Sequence record: MT366760.1
Reading direction: 5' to 3' (one strand)
DNA length: 64,000 nt
Below are positions 1 through 10,552 of this stretch, piece after piece. Position 1 is the first letter of the stretch, and every line of letters begins with the position of its first letter. The notes below the pieces were generated by a model. It made no database searches and was not told where the DNA came from. It saw nothing but the letters and a program-made list of their open reading frames with translations. Both the position numbers and the translations under genes were made by a program.

Positions 1-3000
1 TTCATCTTGAGTTTCTTCAACATCTTCTTCATCAACGTCGAATGGGTCGATGGATACAACACCTAGTTCAAGTATTTCAGCTAAGCGCTCTTTGACTGGA
101 CGTGTATCAGATGATTCAATGATGAAAGTAGCTAGCTTGGATACGGATACCTTACCACCGATGTCTAGTTCAACGTTCACACGGTGTTTAGAACCTGACG
201 TTACGATACCGTCACCGTATTCTGTATGAACTCGCATACCTTTCATGTCCAAGTTTTCAACTTCTAAACCTGCATCCGACAAGTAGTCATTTAGCGGGAT
301 GATGCCGAGCTCTTGGGTATATGGTAGTTGCATGTTGTCGATGTAAGGAACATCCATTAGAGCTGAACCTGGAAGCATACCCGCACTCGGTACTGGAACT
401 GGTTCAGTCGGACCTTTATATGCAGTAGCCCAGTTAGCGTAGTCTTGCTTACGAGCACGCGCCACATCTTGGTACGCTTCTAAGTATTCCCAAAGTGACC
501 CAGGTTCGTCAGCGGAACCAAACTCGTTATCTTCTAAGATGCTGTTAAGCGTCATCGAAACAAGTTCTAGGTTAGGAATATCAGCGTAGAGCGGGTTGTT
601 CTCTTCATTGAAACGGGTAGTGTCTAGGAGCTTACTAATTAAGCGACCACATTTAGTAACGTCGATAGTACCATCACAAATTAACCAGTCGAAGAATATG
701 TTGGTACGCTTCTCGAATAGTTGTTTAGGGTCTGGACGGTTCAAACGTGATGCAGCCTGTTCCAAGTCACCAGGGTTCCAAATGTTTTCAATACGAATCA
801 GGCGGTTAACGAACTGGAAGTTGTGACCAGTGTTAAGCGACATTTCTGTACCGATTAAGTAACGGTAGTTGTTGTCTCTTTCGAAACGCTTAGTAGCTTT
901 CACGCCGTCTGCTGCGTAGTACAGCATGGTCTTTTCTTTGATTTCCGGTGGTAGTGCGTTGTAGATTGATTCAGCCGACTTAATGTAGGACGTGAATATC
1001 AGTACTTTACCGCTCTGAGCACCGTGTTCATTACCGGATAAGTCAGTGTAACCAGATTCGTGGTTGCGAAGAATCTCGATAACCTTCTTAGCTTTAGGTG
1101 ATACTAAGTCGTCACCTTGAAGTAACGTTTCACCCAACTCATCTGTATCTGGGGCAGCTAGGAACTTCTCAAGACGTTGCAAGTATGGACGTAGCATCAT
1201 CTCGATAGCAGCGGAGTCTTCTTCGTTACCCGCTTTAAGCTTAGCCATCAACTGAGGGTTGTTCTTGATTTCTTCAATCGCTTTTTCTAATAGCGACTGA
1301 TAAACGTCTCGTTGTGCACGGGATAAATCAAGACGGTGGAACTCTTCCGTTGCGGGTGGTAGTAGTGCTGCCCATTCCTTACGGGAAATACGGATGAAGT
1401 TAGAATGTTCACGAACCTTCTCTGACACTTTAGGTACAGCGTCATCATGCCAACGAACAACCTTACCACGGTCAACTTCGGCAGCGTATTCTTCGATGAA
1501 TGCTTTTTGCGAACCAAAGACCGTTGGGTCAAGTTGTGCGAATTGTCCCGCAGCATCTTGCAACATACCATGAATGAATGTACCTGTTGCAATACGACGT
1601 TTGTCGATGTCTGCTGTTAGACGACCAACGAAAGAACTACGTTTTGAACCAGTGTTCTTAAGTAAGTGCGATTCATCGCCTGATACGTAAATCCAATCGA
1701 ATTGGCGCATAAACTCACAGTTCAGAGACATATCAACAGTAGTGTTACCATAAGCGAAGTTGACAGGTTTGTTACGCATGAAGTCGAACTCTGAAATGAC
1801 TAGAGTGTTGACCGGAGCCTTCTCAATCATTTCGGCTAGCTTCTCTTCACCGTATTGGTTCATCGTCTTAGTGTTAACAACAATGATGTTGACTTTACCT
1901 TGCGTCATGAAGATTGTGTCTTCGACGTAGTTCTTAATCAAGTTGTTTGGACACATCAGAAGTGGTCTACGCTTACCACCAAGTTTTTTATCTTGGAATA
2001 AACGACCCATCTGTCTAAATACGTCCGCTAGGATGATGTGTGTTTTACCACCACCTGCATCAACGTGTAACACACCATTCTCTGGGTCACGGTTTAGCTC
2101 AGCATCTGCACGCACTTGGTGTGGTAGGTATGCGTAACCATCGAACAGGAATGGAATAGGTTGTGGTTTATAGTTGCTATCAATATCAATTGATGCCTGA
2201 TAAGCTGAACGCTCTGATTTGTCTTGCTCTAATACTTCAGCATAACGAGGAGTGTACTTAGCACAAACCGTGATACGCGCAATACCCATCATACCTGCGA
2301 CTACTGAACGTGATTCGAATACATCGTCTAGGTCTTCAAGTACTTTGTCATTGATGAAGTCGAATGCTCTACCAATGCAGCGTAGTGGAACTAGGTTTGA
2401 GTTAGGAGCTAGGTCGCGTAGTTGAAGTAGATCTGAGCTAGTTAGAGTTTCTAGTGCTTCAATGTACTGTTGCGGTGGGTTCTGACCAAGTGCTTCACGT
2501 GCATTGTTAGAGACTCGCTCGATAAACAATTCAAAGTTGCTATTGTCTAGGTAACGACGTAACCACTTAACGCTTTGTTCTTTAGCTTCATCGTTCTCAT
2601 AGAAGTAAAGCATATCGAACTCAGATTCATCAGCAAATTCACCAAGTGATTTACCCGACTTCTGAAGTACTGTTCGCATGTAACCGAACATCTTAACGTT
2701 TACGTCTTCTTCTACTTTAGACTCTAGGATTTTACGAATACCGAATGCGTTTGCCTTACGGTAGTTGGCTAAATCTAGAATAGAAACTTCACCGTCTGTA
2801 TTGGTGTAAGACATCTTGTTAAGTGCCCAATCCAAATACAATAGTTTGTTTGCAGGTTTCTTAGCAAGCTTCTTACGGGGTGCGTCTTCTGTCGGCATTG
2901 GTTCGCCAACTGAACGAGCATTCGTAGCCAAAGTGAAGGGACTACGCATAACCCATTCTTCTTCGTCACCGTCTTGAAGTGCATCCTGCATTAAGCTGTA

Positions 3001-4236
3001 GTATTCTTCGATGTTGTCGAACTGTGGGATAAATACGACGTTACCATCTGGGTTAACAGCTAAGCGTTCTTCATTGATGCGTGGACGTTGAACCATTTCT
3101 TGCGTGATGCGACGAACGTTAGTAAGTGGGTTAACGATTTCGATTTCTTCAGTACCATTCATAGAGTGGTTGAAGATTGCCGTTGCCCATGCGTGAATAT
3201 CAACAGGGTTGATTTCTTTAGCTTTAGTCTGAACTAGGTACTCGGAAATTTCAGCGGGTATTTCAACCTGAACAAAAGCAGCAAAGTTCTGACGGGCGTT
3301 AGTAGCACTGATAATCGACTTATCAAGGAAGTTGTCAACGTATTCCTTCTTGATTTCATCAGAGATATGCGCCATAGCATTAATCTCTTCTACTGAAGTC
3401 GGGATTACGTTTTTACCATCAGGCATCGGGATTTCAACAAAACCGCTATAGTTGTAACCTTCAATGATACGAGCGGGTAATGCAGTAGCAGTGAAGCGGA
3501 TACCCTTGATAAATGACAAATACATATCAATGTCTTCATCATCGTAGTCAGTGAGGATACCGGCAGCGTCTACAAATCTGCTGTTAAGCAGTAGATCTTT
3601 GGAAACGGGTAGTGTGAAGTCGATAGGTTTAGAGAAGTCACCAAGTGCACCACCAGTTAGCTTAGACATCTGTTTGGCAAACGCCATACGCTGTTGCTTA
3701 AGGAGTGGCTCTTGGTCTAGATATGAAATACCCATCAGTCTAGGTCGCGAATTCGCGTAACCTAGCGATTGATACATACCGTCGATACCTTGAAGAATAG
3801 GTAAGTTAACTGAACAAGGAATATCCATGGTGAAACCACGACCTTGTCGGCTAATCATCAAGTTGTTTATCTTAGCACCAAGTTGTTCAAACTGAGTGTC
3901 CCACTTATCTTCGTTAGGAACTAGATTAACAGTATTAGCCTCTCCGAAGTGGTTAGACTTCATGTCCTTAATCAGTTGCTCGTGATTAGTGAAGTTCTTT
4001 TTGTAGTACTCAGCGATTACGTCTGGTGTGTTAGACAAGTTATCGTAGAGAGCTGATTGAGCTGCTACATAAGCTAGGTAAACGATGTCTGCGAAGTTGC
4101 TCGATACGTAATCGTAGAACTCGTCATAACCTTCTGGAGCGTCAATAGCTGAATCCGTAAAGGACGCGGCTGTTGCCAGTTCTCTTTCATCGTCTAGTGT
4201 GGCTTCTACTGCCTCAGCTAGTTTTTTCTTCTTCAT
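1..4236 (-). CDS. SNF2/SWI2-family (SF2) helicase/ATPase with ~690 aa unique N-terminal region; partial, runs off left edge
   Basis: Missing from the ORF track because it is incomplete. ATG at 4236 follows AAGGA. Manual translation of stretches gives PHQVRADAEL..VLHVDAGGGKT (motif I), YVSGDESHLLKN (DExH), GKVLIFT and TGHNFQFVNRLIRIENIWNPGDLEQAASRLNRP (helicase C lobe). The frame is still open at position 1. Confidence 0.85.
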   Translation of the reverse strand, partial: MKKKKLAEAVEATLDDERELATAASFTDSAIDAPEGYDEFYDYVSSNFADIVYLAYVAAQSALYDNLSNTPDVIAEYYKKNFTNHEQLIKDMKSNHFGEANTVNLVPNEDKWDTQFEQLGAKINNLMISRQGRGFTMDIPCSVNLPILQGIDGMYQSLGYANSRPRLMGISYLDQEPLLKQQRMAFAKQMSKLTGGALGDFSKPIDFTLPVSKDLLLNSRFVDAAGILTDYDDEDIDMYLSFIKGIRFTATALPARIIEGYNYSGFVEIPMPDGKNVIPTSVEEINAMAHISDEIKKEYVDNFLDKSIISATNARQNFAAFVQVEIPAEISEYLVQTKAKEINPVDIHAWATAIFNHSMNGTEEIEIVNPLTNVRRITQEMVQRPRINEERLAVNPDGNVVFIPQFDNIEEYYSLMQDALQDGDEEEWVMRSPFTLATNARSVGEPMPTEDAPRKKLAKKPANKLLYLDWALNKMSYTNTDGEVSILDLANYRKANAFGIRKILESKVEEDVNVKMFGYMRTVLQKSGKSLGEFADESEFDMLYFYENDEAKEQSVKWLRRYLDNSNFELFIERVSNNAREALGQNPPQQYIEALETLTSSDLLQLRDLAPNSNLVPLRCIGRAFDFINDKVLEDLDDVFESRSVVAGMMGIARITVCAKYTPRYAEVLEQDKSERSAYQASIDIDSNYKPQPIPFLFDGYAYLPHQVRADAELNRDPENGVLHVDAGGGKTHIILADVFRQMGRLFQDKKLGGKRRPLLMCPNNLIKNYVEDTIFMTQGKVNIIVVNTKTMNQYGEEKLAEMIEKAPVNTLVISEFDFMRNKPVNFAYGNTTVDMSLNCEFMRQFDWIYVSGDESHLLKNTGSKRSSFVGRLTADIDKRRIATGTFIHGMLQDAAGQFAQLDPTVFGSQKAFIEEYAAEVDRGKVVRWHDDAVPKVSEKVREHSNFIRISRKEWAALLPPATEEFHRLDLSRAQRDVYQSLLEKAIEEIKNNPQLMAKLKAGNEEDSAAIEMMLRPYLQRLEKFLAAPDTDELGETLLQGDDLVSPKAKKVIEILRNHESGYTDLSGNEHGAQSGKVLIFTSYIKSAESIYNALPPEIKEKTMLYYAADGVKATKRFERDNNYRYLIGTEMSLNTGHNFQFVNRLIRIENIWNPGDLEQAASRLNRPDPKQLFEKRTNIFFDWLICDGTIDVTKCGRLISKLLDTTRFNEENNPLYADIPNLELVSMTLNSILEDNEFGSADEPGSLWEYLEAYQDVARARKQDYANWATAYKGPTEPVPVPSAGMLPGSALMDVPYIDNMQLPYTQELGIIPLNDYLSDAGLEVENLDMKGMRVHTEYGDGIVTSGSKHRVNVELDIGGKVSVSKLATFIIESSDTRPVKERLAEILELGVVSIDPFDVDEEDVEETQDE

Positions 4237-4245
4237 GCGATGTCC

Positions 4246-4692
4246 TTAATAATCAAATTTGCCGTCGGACTCAAGTACAGTACGCCAGTAACTAAGGGGC
4301 GGTGCTGTATTTGAATCGTCGAAAAACCCTAAGATAGTTTCACAAATTCGTACACGTTCCACTGGACTTCTGACTTCTAAGAAAGCAGGTCCGTACATGG
4401 CGGAAGCAATGTTGCAAGCTTCACGAATTGAACGATTTTGTAAGTTATCTTTGATTATATCACATACTTTATCAATTGACAAATTTTTATCATCAGACTT
4501 CATGTGACGTTTAATTTCACGTAAGTTGTTACGTGCCTTGCGGAGTGCAGCGATTAAGCGACGGTTCATAACCGTACCCATCTCAGCTTCCACGTCAGCA
4601 GTGGCAGACTCAACAATTTCGGGTACATCGGCTTCCATTTCAGCCAGTACCTTGTCTATCTGCATATCTAGGGGGACGCTCTTAATAGCCAT
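4246..4692 (-). CDS. hypothetical protein (148 aa)
   Basis: ORF tightly packed between neighbours; AAGG RBS; CTGTAAA motif 34 nt upstream. Confidence 0.7.
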   Translation of the reverse strand: MAIKSVPLDMQIDKVLAEMEADVPEIVESATADVEAEMGTVMNRRLIAALRKARNNLREIKRHMKSDDKNLSIDKVCDIIKDNLQNRSIREACNIASAMYGPAFLEVRSPVERVRICETILGFFDDSNTAPPLSYWRTVLESDGKFDY

Positions 4693-4725
4693 ATATCGCC
4701 TTTTGTATTAGTTGATACGTGTATA

Positions 4726-4732
4726 TTTACAG
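4726..4732 (-). promoter_or_regulatory. CTGTAAA intergenic motif (candidate phage promoter element)
   Basis: One of ~10 copies in or at the edge of intergenic gaps, mostly oriented toward the downstream gene. Confidence 0.5.
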
Positions 4733-4740
4733 GATTTGCG

Positions 4741-5124
4741 CTATGCTAAACGCTCCTTATTACGCTTCGTTTTGTGCTTTTTTCTAATATGTCCGTGAAG
4801 GTATAAGGAACCATGACATTTAGGATAACACAAAGTTCTCAGGTTTGACTTCTTATCCGTACCGCCTCTAGAGACTGGTTTGATGTGGTCAACTTGTAAG
4901 CACTCTCCTGCTTTAAGTTCAGACTTGTGTCTGCCACACTTCGTACAACAGTAACCATCCCGCTTAAGGATGATTTCGCGTAAGTCACGCCACTCTTTAG
5001 ATTTGGTTGTACCCGCACCACCGTAGGTTGCTCGCTTAATACGAACAACTCCACTTTTATTGCGACGAGGACCACCTGGGTAAAAACGTCTAACTTTGGT
5101 TGGTCTAACTCTCTTCTTAGTCAT
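4741..5124 (-). CDS. HNH endonuclease (McrA-like, Zn-binding)
   Basis: CTKCG...LQVDHIKPVSRGGTDKKSNLRTLCYPKCH is a canonical HNH motif. Confidence 0.85.
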   Translation of the reverse strand: MTKKRVRPTKVRRFYPGGPRRNKSGVVRIKRATYGGAGTTKSKEWRDLREIILKRDGYCCTKCGRHKSELKAGECLQVDHIKPVSRGGTDKKSNLRTLCYPKCHGSLYLHGHIRKKHKTKRNKERLA

Positions 5125-5869
5125 CGAAGAACTTGTCCATCTTTTCCTGTATCTTTATGAAACGTTCTTCAACACCACGACACATCTCTTTAGTTGCGTC
5201 ATCAATTGCACGGATACCTTCGTTTTCACGGTCGGAACGTAAATCACTTTGTAGTGACTTCTTAAGTGCGAACATCTGGTCTATGAATAATTGTCCGAAA
5301 GATTGGAACACTGGTTGAACTACCTTAGTGATAACGGCAGCAGCCATGTTGGACTGAGCATCGTTAGCCTGCATGTCACCAATTAACTCACGTACTTGTG
5401 AGATTAGTGCATTCATAGCATAAAGGTCATTAGCAATACCCTTGTCACGATACTTAGCTTCAGCTTCTGGGATTAAGTCTACTAGAGTCCTAATCATTGA
5501 TACTTGGAACTTAGCGACACCCTTGTCTTTTTCCGCAGCGGACTCAAGCATGTCTTTGATACGCTCGGCATCATCACCGAACAAACTAGCGAGGGACTTT
5601 TTGAATTCCTTTTCGGTCTTCTTGACGTATTTCGGGTCTACTTTAACGTCCTCTTCTACTACAGCTACGGGAAAACCCGAGGATTTTTCGTCCTCAGGTT
5701 CACCGTTGTCGCAGTGCTCACATTCAGGTCGCTTGCGGATAGCTTTGGTGCTGAACCTACGTTTCTTTTCACAATAGATACATAGGCAACCCCATTCGTC
5801 ATCCTCTAATTTCTTAGCAACGCGAAATGAGCCGAGGATAAGACCCTTTTTAATTTTGGTCTTAGCCAT
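5117..5869 (-). CDS. hypothetical protein with N-terminal CxxC..CxxC Zn ribbon and helical C-terminus
   Basis: CIYC and CEHC pairs; overlaps neighbours at start/stop (translational coupling). Confidence 0.7.
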   Translation of the reverse strand: MAKTKIKKGLILGSFRVAKKLEDDEWGCLCIYCEKKRRFSTKAIRKRPECEHCDNGEPEDEKSSGFPVAVVEEDVKVDPKYVKKTEKEFKKSLASLFGDDAERIKDMLESAAEKDKGVAKFQVSMIRTLVDLIPEAEAKYRDKGIANDLYAMNALISQVRELIGDMQANDAQSNMAAAVITKVVQPVFQSFGQLFIDQMFALKKSLQSDLRSDRENEGIRAIDDATKEMCRGVEERFIKIQEKMDKFFDD

Positions 5870-6333
5870 TATTTATTAACCTTCTTCTTATCAAGCTTAT
5901 TGCCGATTTTAAGTTTCTTAACATTATAGTTCTGGATAAACCTGTCAGTTGGCGGGTTCATAGTGTAAGCAGTTAAGTCTGTTGGTTTAACCCATTTAGA
6001 CTTTGAATGCTCAGGGTTGAGTTTAGGGTCAAACTCTTGTGGAACGTCCAACAGGTAATAACGGTTTAGGCGGGAACCATCAGAGAACTCCATGAGCTTA
6101 ACAATCGGACCTCGGATAACCATACCAAGTTCTTCTTTTAGCTCACGGAGTGCGCCTTCGATAAATCTCTCACCTTTGTCAACACCACCGCCAAAGAAAT
6201 TCCAGTTGCCGGAGTTGTTAACGTGTTTTGACCTTTTACCTATTAGTATTCGTCCAGTGTCCAGTGCGCGAATAATCATCCATGCACCCATCTTTTCTTT
6301 ACTCGCCAAAACAGTAAGCCTCTTTATCGTCAT
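5869..6333 (-). CDS. NUDIX hydrolase
   Basis: Nudix box GGGVDKGERFIEGALRELKEELG; C-terminal EHSKSKWV. Confidence 0.9.
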   Translation of the reverse strand: MTIKRLTVLASKEKMGAWMIIRALDTGRILIGKRSKHVNNSGNWNFFGGGVDKGERFIEGALRELKEELGMVIRGPIVKLMEFSDGSRLNRYYLLDVPQEFDPKLNPEHSKSKWVKPTDLTAYTMNPPTDRFIQNYNVKKLKIGNKLDKKKVNK

Positions 6334-6339
6334 TATTCG

Positions 6340-8148
6340 TTACGCCTTTTTCCAGATAGCCGTGATGTCTACCCAGTTTTGTTCAACGCCATCGTCGTCT
6401 GGAGTCTTACGCTCTGTAACTCGTAATTCGCTAGCCACGTGATTACGAGATTGTAGCCAACTGCTTACCCAGTTCTTAGCTACACGTGATGGGGTTGACA
6501 TAAAGGAGAATTTAAGCGCGGGATATTTCTCAGCATCTACTTCACTATAAATGATTTCAGTTGGTAGACCACTTACGTAATCAGTACCGCGAGCCATAGC
6601 GTTCTGGAAGTCGGATGTTTCAAAACGTTGTAGCTCTTTAGTTAGTTTCTTACGTGAAGCTTGCTTGTCTTCCTTAGCGTCTAGTACGTACTCTTTAAAG
6701 TTGAAGTCGTCTGACAGACTTTCCATGAATTCGTAACGACGTTGGTATTGAGTCTTACCCATGATGATAAGTGACCAAGAACGTGCGCCAGTTTTGAATA
6801 CTGCATACGTACCATCGTCACCTGAATGTTTCATGAGGAAGTAAATATCACCACTATCATCAAAGTATTTACCAACTTCTTTGAACTTCTCGCGTTTTAA
6901 TTTCGGGAAATATTCGGAAATTGCTTCAGTTGGGTCAGATGATGCGCTTACACTTGCACCCAATACTGTTTTAGCTAGACCACCGAACTTCTTAGCCCAT
7001 TTCTTATAGATGGACTCTGCTTCGTCTTCGTCACCTAGTGTGATGTTGTCAGCACGTTGGTTTGGTACAGACTTAATAGGTGGCTTAGCTTTACGAAGTT
7101 CTTTAAGGAATGCAGTTAGACCCTTAGCAGACTTAAGGTCTTGCATTTCGTTAGCGATGTACACTGACTTAGTGACTGCTACAGACTTAGAGTTCCTGAT
7201 GAGTTCAGCAGCTTTCTTGTAGTCAACTTCAACGGCAGGTGAACCCTTCATGATGTATTTAACTTTGTCGCCTTCGAAGCAAATCTTTTGCTTACCACGG
7301 TCAAGGCTAACAACACCGTATACACCACCACGTTCATCTGGTGATTTAGTAGCTTTACCCGATTCATTATCAACCGAGAAGCCACCCTTCTTGTTGTCGT
7401 CTACTTTCGGTTCAGGGATTGGATTCATTACGTCTGGTGTTTCAATCCACTTCATAAGGTTTTGTGGTTTGATAGCTTTATCACGGAGCTTTTCACCTTT
7501 ACCCGCTTGGATGAAACCAACTAGGACATTGGTAGAAACCATATCCGTCTTGTCACCTTTGTCTAGTGCAATGGTCATCATCTTAGTTGCTTTGCTATAG
7601 GTCTTAACAGTAGCAGCCATTAGCTTCTTACCGCGACGTACAATAATACGTTTACCCTTAGCAAGCTTAGCAGGGTTACAAACTAATTCACCCTTAAGCA
7701 ATTTAGTCATTTGTTCTTTAGGGAGTTCAGTGACTTTGCCTACTTTGGATTTACCACCGTCTTTCTTACCCTTCTCTTTCATATCACCAACTGGTCGCTT
7801 GCCTTTGCCAATTGCAACTTCAAGCCATTTGTTGATTTCATTTTCAGGGATTGGGCTAACACGTTTACGTTTGATCTTAGCTTTACCAACTAAACCAACT
7901 AGTGAACGGGTTGCCTTATATGACATCTTGATTCCATCATCGAATACGATGAAGACAAGGTTGTCTTTCTTGTTAAGACGTGTTACCGACGCAGGATAAT
8001 ACTCGGGTTCCTTTGTAGTGTTATCATTGATAATAACACGGTCACCCCGTTTTAAATCGTCGATTAGCCCCGCTTCTTCAATGAATGCAGCAATCTCAAT
8101 AGGCTTATCATTGTGTGTAGCAGAGGCAACTGTGACTTGTTTAATCAT
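6340..8148 (-). CDS. Lys-rich protein with repeated Tudor/KOW/SH3-like beta-barrels; putative internal virion protein
   Basis: KRGDRVIINDNTTKEPEYYPASVTRL..VFIVFDDG and KGKRIIVRRGKKLMAATV.. repeats; N-terminal MIKQVTVAS motif. Confidence 0.6.
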   Translation of the reverse strand: MIKQVTVASATHNDKPIEIAAFIEEAGLIDDLKRGDRVIINDNTTKEPEYYPASVTRLNKKDNLVFIVFDDGIKMSYKATRSLVGLVGKAKIKRKRVSPIPENEINKWLEVAIGKGKRPVGDMKEKGKKDGGKSKVGKVTELPKEQMTKLLKGELVCNPAKLAKGKRIIVRRGKKLMAATVKTYSKATKMMTIALDKGDKTDMVSTNVLVGFIQAGKGEKLRDKAIKPQNLMKWIETPDVMNPIPEPKVDDNKKGGFSVDNESGKATKSPDERGGVYGVVSLDRGKQKICFEGDKVKYIMKGSPAVEVDYKKAAELIRNSKSVAVTKSVYIANEMQDLKSAKGLTAFLKELRKAKPPIKSVPNQRADNITLGDEDEAESIYKKWAKKFGGLAKTVLGASVSASSDPTEAISEYFPKLKREKFKEVGKYFDDSGDIYFLMKHSGDDGTYAVFKTGARSWSLIIMGKTQYQRRYEFMESLSDDFNFKEYVLDAKEDKQASRKKLTKELQRFETSDFQNAMARGTDYVSGLPTEIIYSEVDAEKYPALKFSFMSTPSRVAKNWVSSWLQSRNHVASELRVTERKTPDDDGVEQNWVDITAIWKKA

Positions 8149-8261
8149 TTCTATCTCCAGTTACTTCACCAAAGTCTACAGGTTTAGAGGTCTAAAACCC
8201 TATTCCCGTGTTATGTGTTCATATGACTAAATTAGCCAGATTTCTAACTATTGTCCAGATA

Positions 8262-8289
8262 AATAAAGGGACAATGAAGTCCCTTTATT
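8262..8289 (-). terminator. intrinsic terminator
   Basis: 11 bp perfect stem AATAAAGGGAC/GTCCCTTTATT directly after the stop of 8295..8600. Confidence 0.7.
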
Positions 8290-8294
8290 GGTGT

Positions 8295-8600
8295 TTATCG
8301 GCGGTTTTTAACCCTAATAGAGAGCTTCTTACGCTTCATATTAGACTTGCGCTTTTCAGCAGCAGTCTTCTTATCCGTACGAGTAGTACGAGTATCACCA
8401 CGCTTCTTACGAATAGCCGCCTTCTTAGCACGACGTTTAATTTCGTTTTTATTCTTGCGGTAGTACTCTTTACGTTTTTGTTTAAGCTTTTGCTTATTCT
8501 TCTGACGGTAACGCTTAGCAGCTTTCTTGTCAGATTCAGTACGTTTTTTAGTGCGGCGTGTATCAGTCTTAGACTTCAGTTTCCGCTTCTTCATGACCAT
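8295..8600 (-). CDS. small highly basic K/R-rich protein (histone/protamine-like)
   Basis: Roughly half of the residues are K or R; in-operon position after the ligase. Confidence 0.7.
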   Translation of the reverse strand: MVMKKRKLKSKTDTRRTKKRTESDKKAAKRYRQKNKQKLKQKRKEYYRKNKNEIKRRAKKAAIRKKRGDTRTTRTDKKTAAEKRKSNMKRKKLSIRVKNRR

Positions 8601-8611
8601 AAGTTAAAGTC

Positions 8612-10510
8612 CTATATTGTGGGGTTATACTCCTTAGTAAATTCAGTTAACGTGAACTTATCACCAGAGAACCCATCTATTTTCTTATTGGTAGCACCAT
8701 CTTTGTAGACAAGCATAGTCGTCTTACCAGATAGATTACCAACGGTTCCACCTTCTTGCGTAATCCATTCAACTAGTTCAGGGTTACGGAAGCTTGTGAG
8801 TGTTACATGCTGACCACTCATGCAACCATCTTCGTTAACTTCAACTTCTTCTGGTTCTTCTGGCATGTGATATTCAATGCCAGATTTGATAAGCTTTTTC
8901 ATAAACTTCTGGAATGGTTTTAGACCATCGACAAAAGTCTGTGCCGTTTTATTCCAACCACCATTTGCCTTTAAGCGTTCAACCAACTCAGTGTCCTTAG
9001 GTGACAACTCCATTGGGTCGCCCAAACATAGGACAGCGTCTCTGAGTTTAGTGTCACCCATGCCACGACCGAACAGTGCACTCGCTACCATGTAGTCAAC
9101 AATGTCGCCATGCTTGAGTTCCTCAATAGCTCGACGAACGTCCTTAACTTTTGAAGTACCGAAACCGTCAATCTTAATCAAGTTGCTTTCCTTGATTTTA
9201 AGGAACTTAAATATATTGGAGTAACCCTCTTCAACTAACTTGGCTAATGTACCGTGTTTGATACCTTCAACGCCCATAGTAGAAATGAAGTGAGTAAGTT
9301 CCTTAATGATTTGAACGTCAGTCTTAGAGGTTGACACAATATGTACTTCTTCACCATCTTCGTTAGTCGTCCATGTATAATCAAGGTCAGGCATATCCGC
9401 TTTCTTGTTACCTTTAATGACGGACATCACATAGGGTATCACGTCACCAGAACGGATGACTTCAATTGTCGAACCTTTACCTATCTTATTATCAAGGATA
9501 TACTTAGCATTGTGACCAGTAGCATGGTTAACCATGACGCCACTCAACTCAGTTTCTTCTATGATAATTCTAGGGATAAGGTAACCATAACGACTTTGAT
9601 TCCATTCAACCTCTAGCACTTTAACTTGCTTGATTGCATCAGGGTCATGTGCCTTGAAAGCTACTGACCACTCAGGATTACCACTTTTGTTGATTGGGTG
9701 AACTTGGTCTTGGGTTAGAATGATACCATCTAGGGCAAACGCTGACTTCTTACGACGTTTCATCAAGTATTCATATAGAGTGTCTTCGTCTAGCTCCGTG
9801 AACTTCTTGTGTTTAGGTGTGATGAAGCCGCGCTTTTCAAGTTCTTTGAATTGTTTGGATGGTTTCATACGAGGACGTACAATCTCGTAGGCAATTAATG
9901 TAACGTGTTTAGTTAGTGGGTGGATGTCTTTACGCATCGGGTTAGTTAAACCCACGACAGCACCACGAGGGTCGTTATAGTCGTCAGAGAAATGGGAGGT
10001 GTACACTGCGTCTGCTATTTCTAGCTCACCGCGAATTTGCCACCCATCAGGTAATTTACCCATACCACTTATATGGGGTATAAGACGACTAATGTTGTGA
10101 CCCTCAGCACCACTACTACGTTTGTAAGCTGATATCTTTTTACCAGTTCGCTCTAAACCGATTGAGACACCGTCTTCTTTATCAGAGGCTCTCCATGGTC
10201 CTGGGTACTTTTTGGCGTATAGGTCTAGCGCTTTCTGCGTTTTAACCTTATCCATTGAACCCATGTAAAATGGCAGCTCTTCCTTTTCAGCTTTGTCATC
10301 AGATGTACCGACGGCAAGTGCTGATGAATCGGGTTTTCTCTCACGTAGTGCATCTTCGAAAATGTCGTATACGTGGTCGGGTACGAGAGTTTTAGAAGTT
10401 GAGTAATATGCATGTTTGAATTCACGCACGTATTCTTCTAACTTTTTGAGGGAGAGTGAAGCAACAAACTTTTCGGGTTGCTTCAAAATTTTCTTTATAT
10501 CTTTACTCAT
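8612..10510 (-). CDS. ligA: NAD+-dependent DNA ligase
   Basis: KEDG adenylation motif, IRGE, DGII, VAFK, OB fold (WNQSRYGYLIP), HhH repeats, C-terminal BRCT. Start moved to the ATG at 10510 (AAGG RBS). Confidence 0.95.
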   Translation of the reverse strand: MSKDIKKILKQPEKFVASLSLKKLEEYVREFKHAYYSTSKTLVPDHVYDIFEDALRERKPDSSALAVGTSDDKAEKEELPFYMGSMDKVKTQKALDLYAKKYPGPWRASDKEDGVSIGLERTGKKISAYKRSSGAEGHNISRLIPHISGMGKLPDGWQIRGELEIADAVYTSHFSDDYNDPRGAVVGLTNPMRKDIHPLTKHVTLIAYEIVRPRMKPSKQFKELEKRGFITPKHKKFTELDEDTLYEYLMKRRKKSAFALDGIILTQDQVHPINKSGNPEWSVAFKAHDPDAIKQVKVLEVEWNQSRYGYLIPRIIIEETELSGVMVNHATGHNAKYILDNKIGKGSTIEVIRSGDVIPYVMSVIKGNKKADMPDLDYTWTTNEDGEEVHIVSTSKTDVQIIKELTHFISTMGVEGIKHGTLAKLVEEGYSNIFKFLKIKESNLIKIDGFGTSKVKDVRRAIEELKHGDIVDYMVASALFGRGMGDTKLRDAVLCLGDPMELSPKDTELVERLKANGGWNKTAQTFVDGLKPFQKFMKKLIKSGIEYHMPEEPEEVEVNEDGCMSGQHVTLTSFRNPELVEWITQEGGTVGNLSGKTTMLVYKDGATNKKIDGFSGDKFTLTEFTKEYNPTI

Positions 10511-10552
10511 TTTGTTGCCTTGATGGTTAATGGGTATACCCACCAATTTACA

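Noticed and set aside
596-3760. Short ORFs listed in 1-4.2 kb (e.g. 596..826, 1287..1592, 2775..2984)
   Set aside because: They are shadow or alternate-frame ORFs of the long SNF2-like gene that the track omitted
5117-5869. Terminase small subunit
   Set aside because: Size and helicity are compatible, but there is no diagnostic motif and no large subunit nearby
8208-8708. 166 aa hydrophobic plus-strand ORF
   Set aside because: Antisense mirror of the K/R-rich gene (AAA/AAG codons read as Phe/Leu); no RBS
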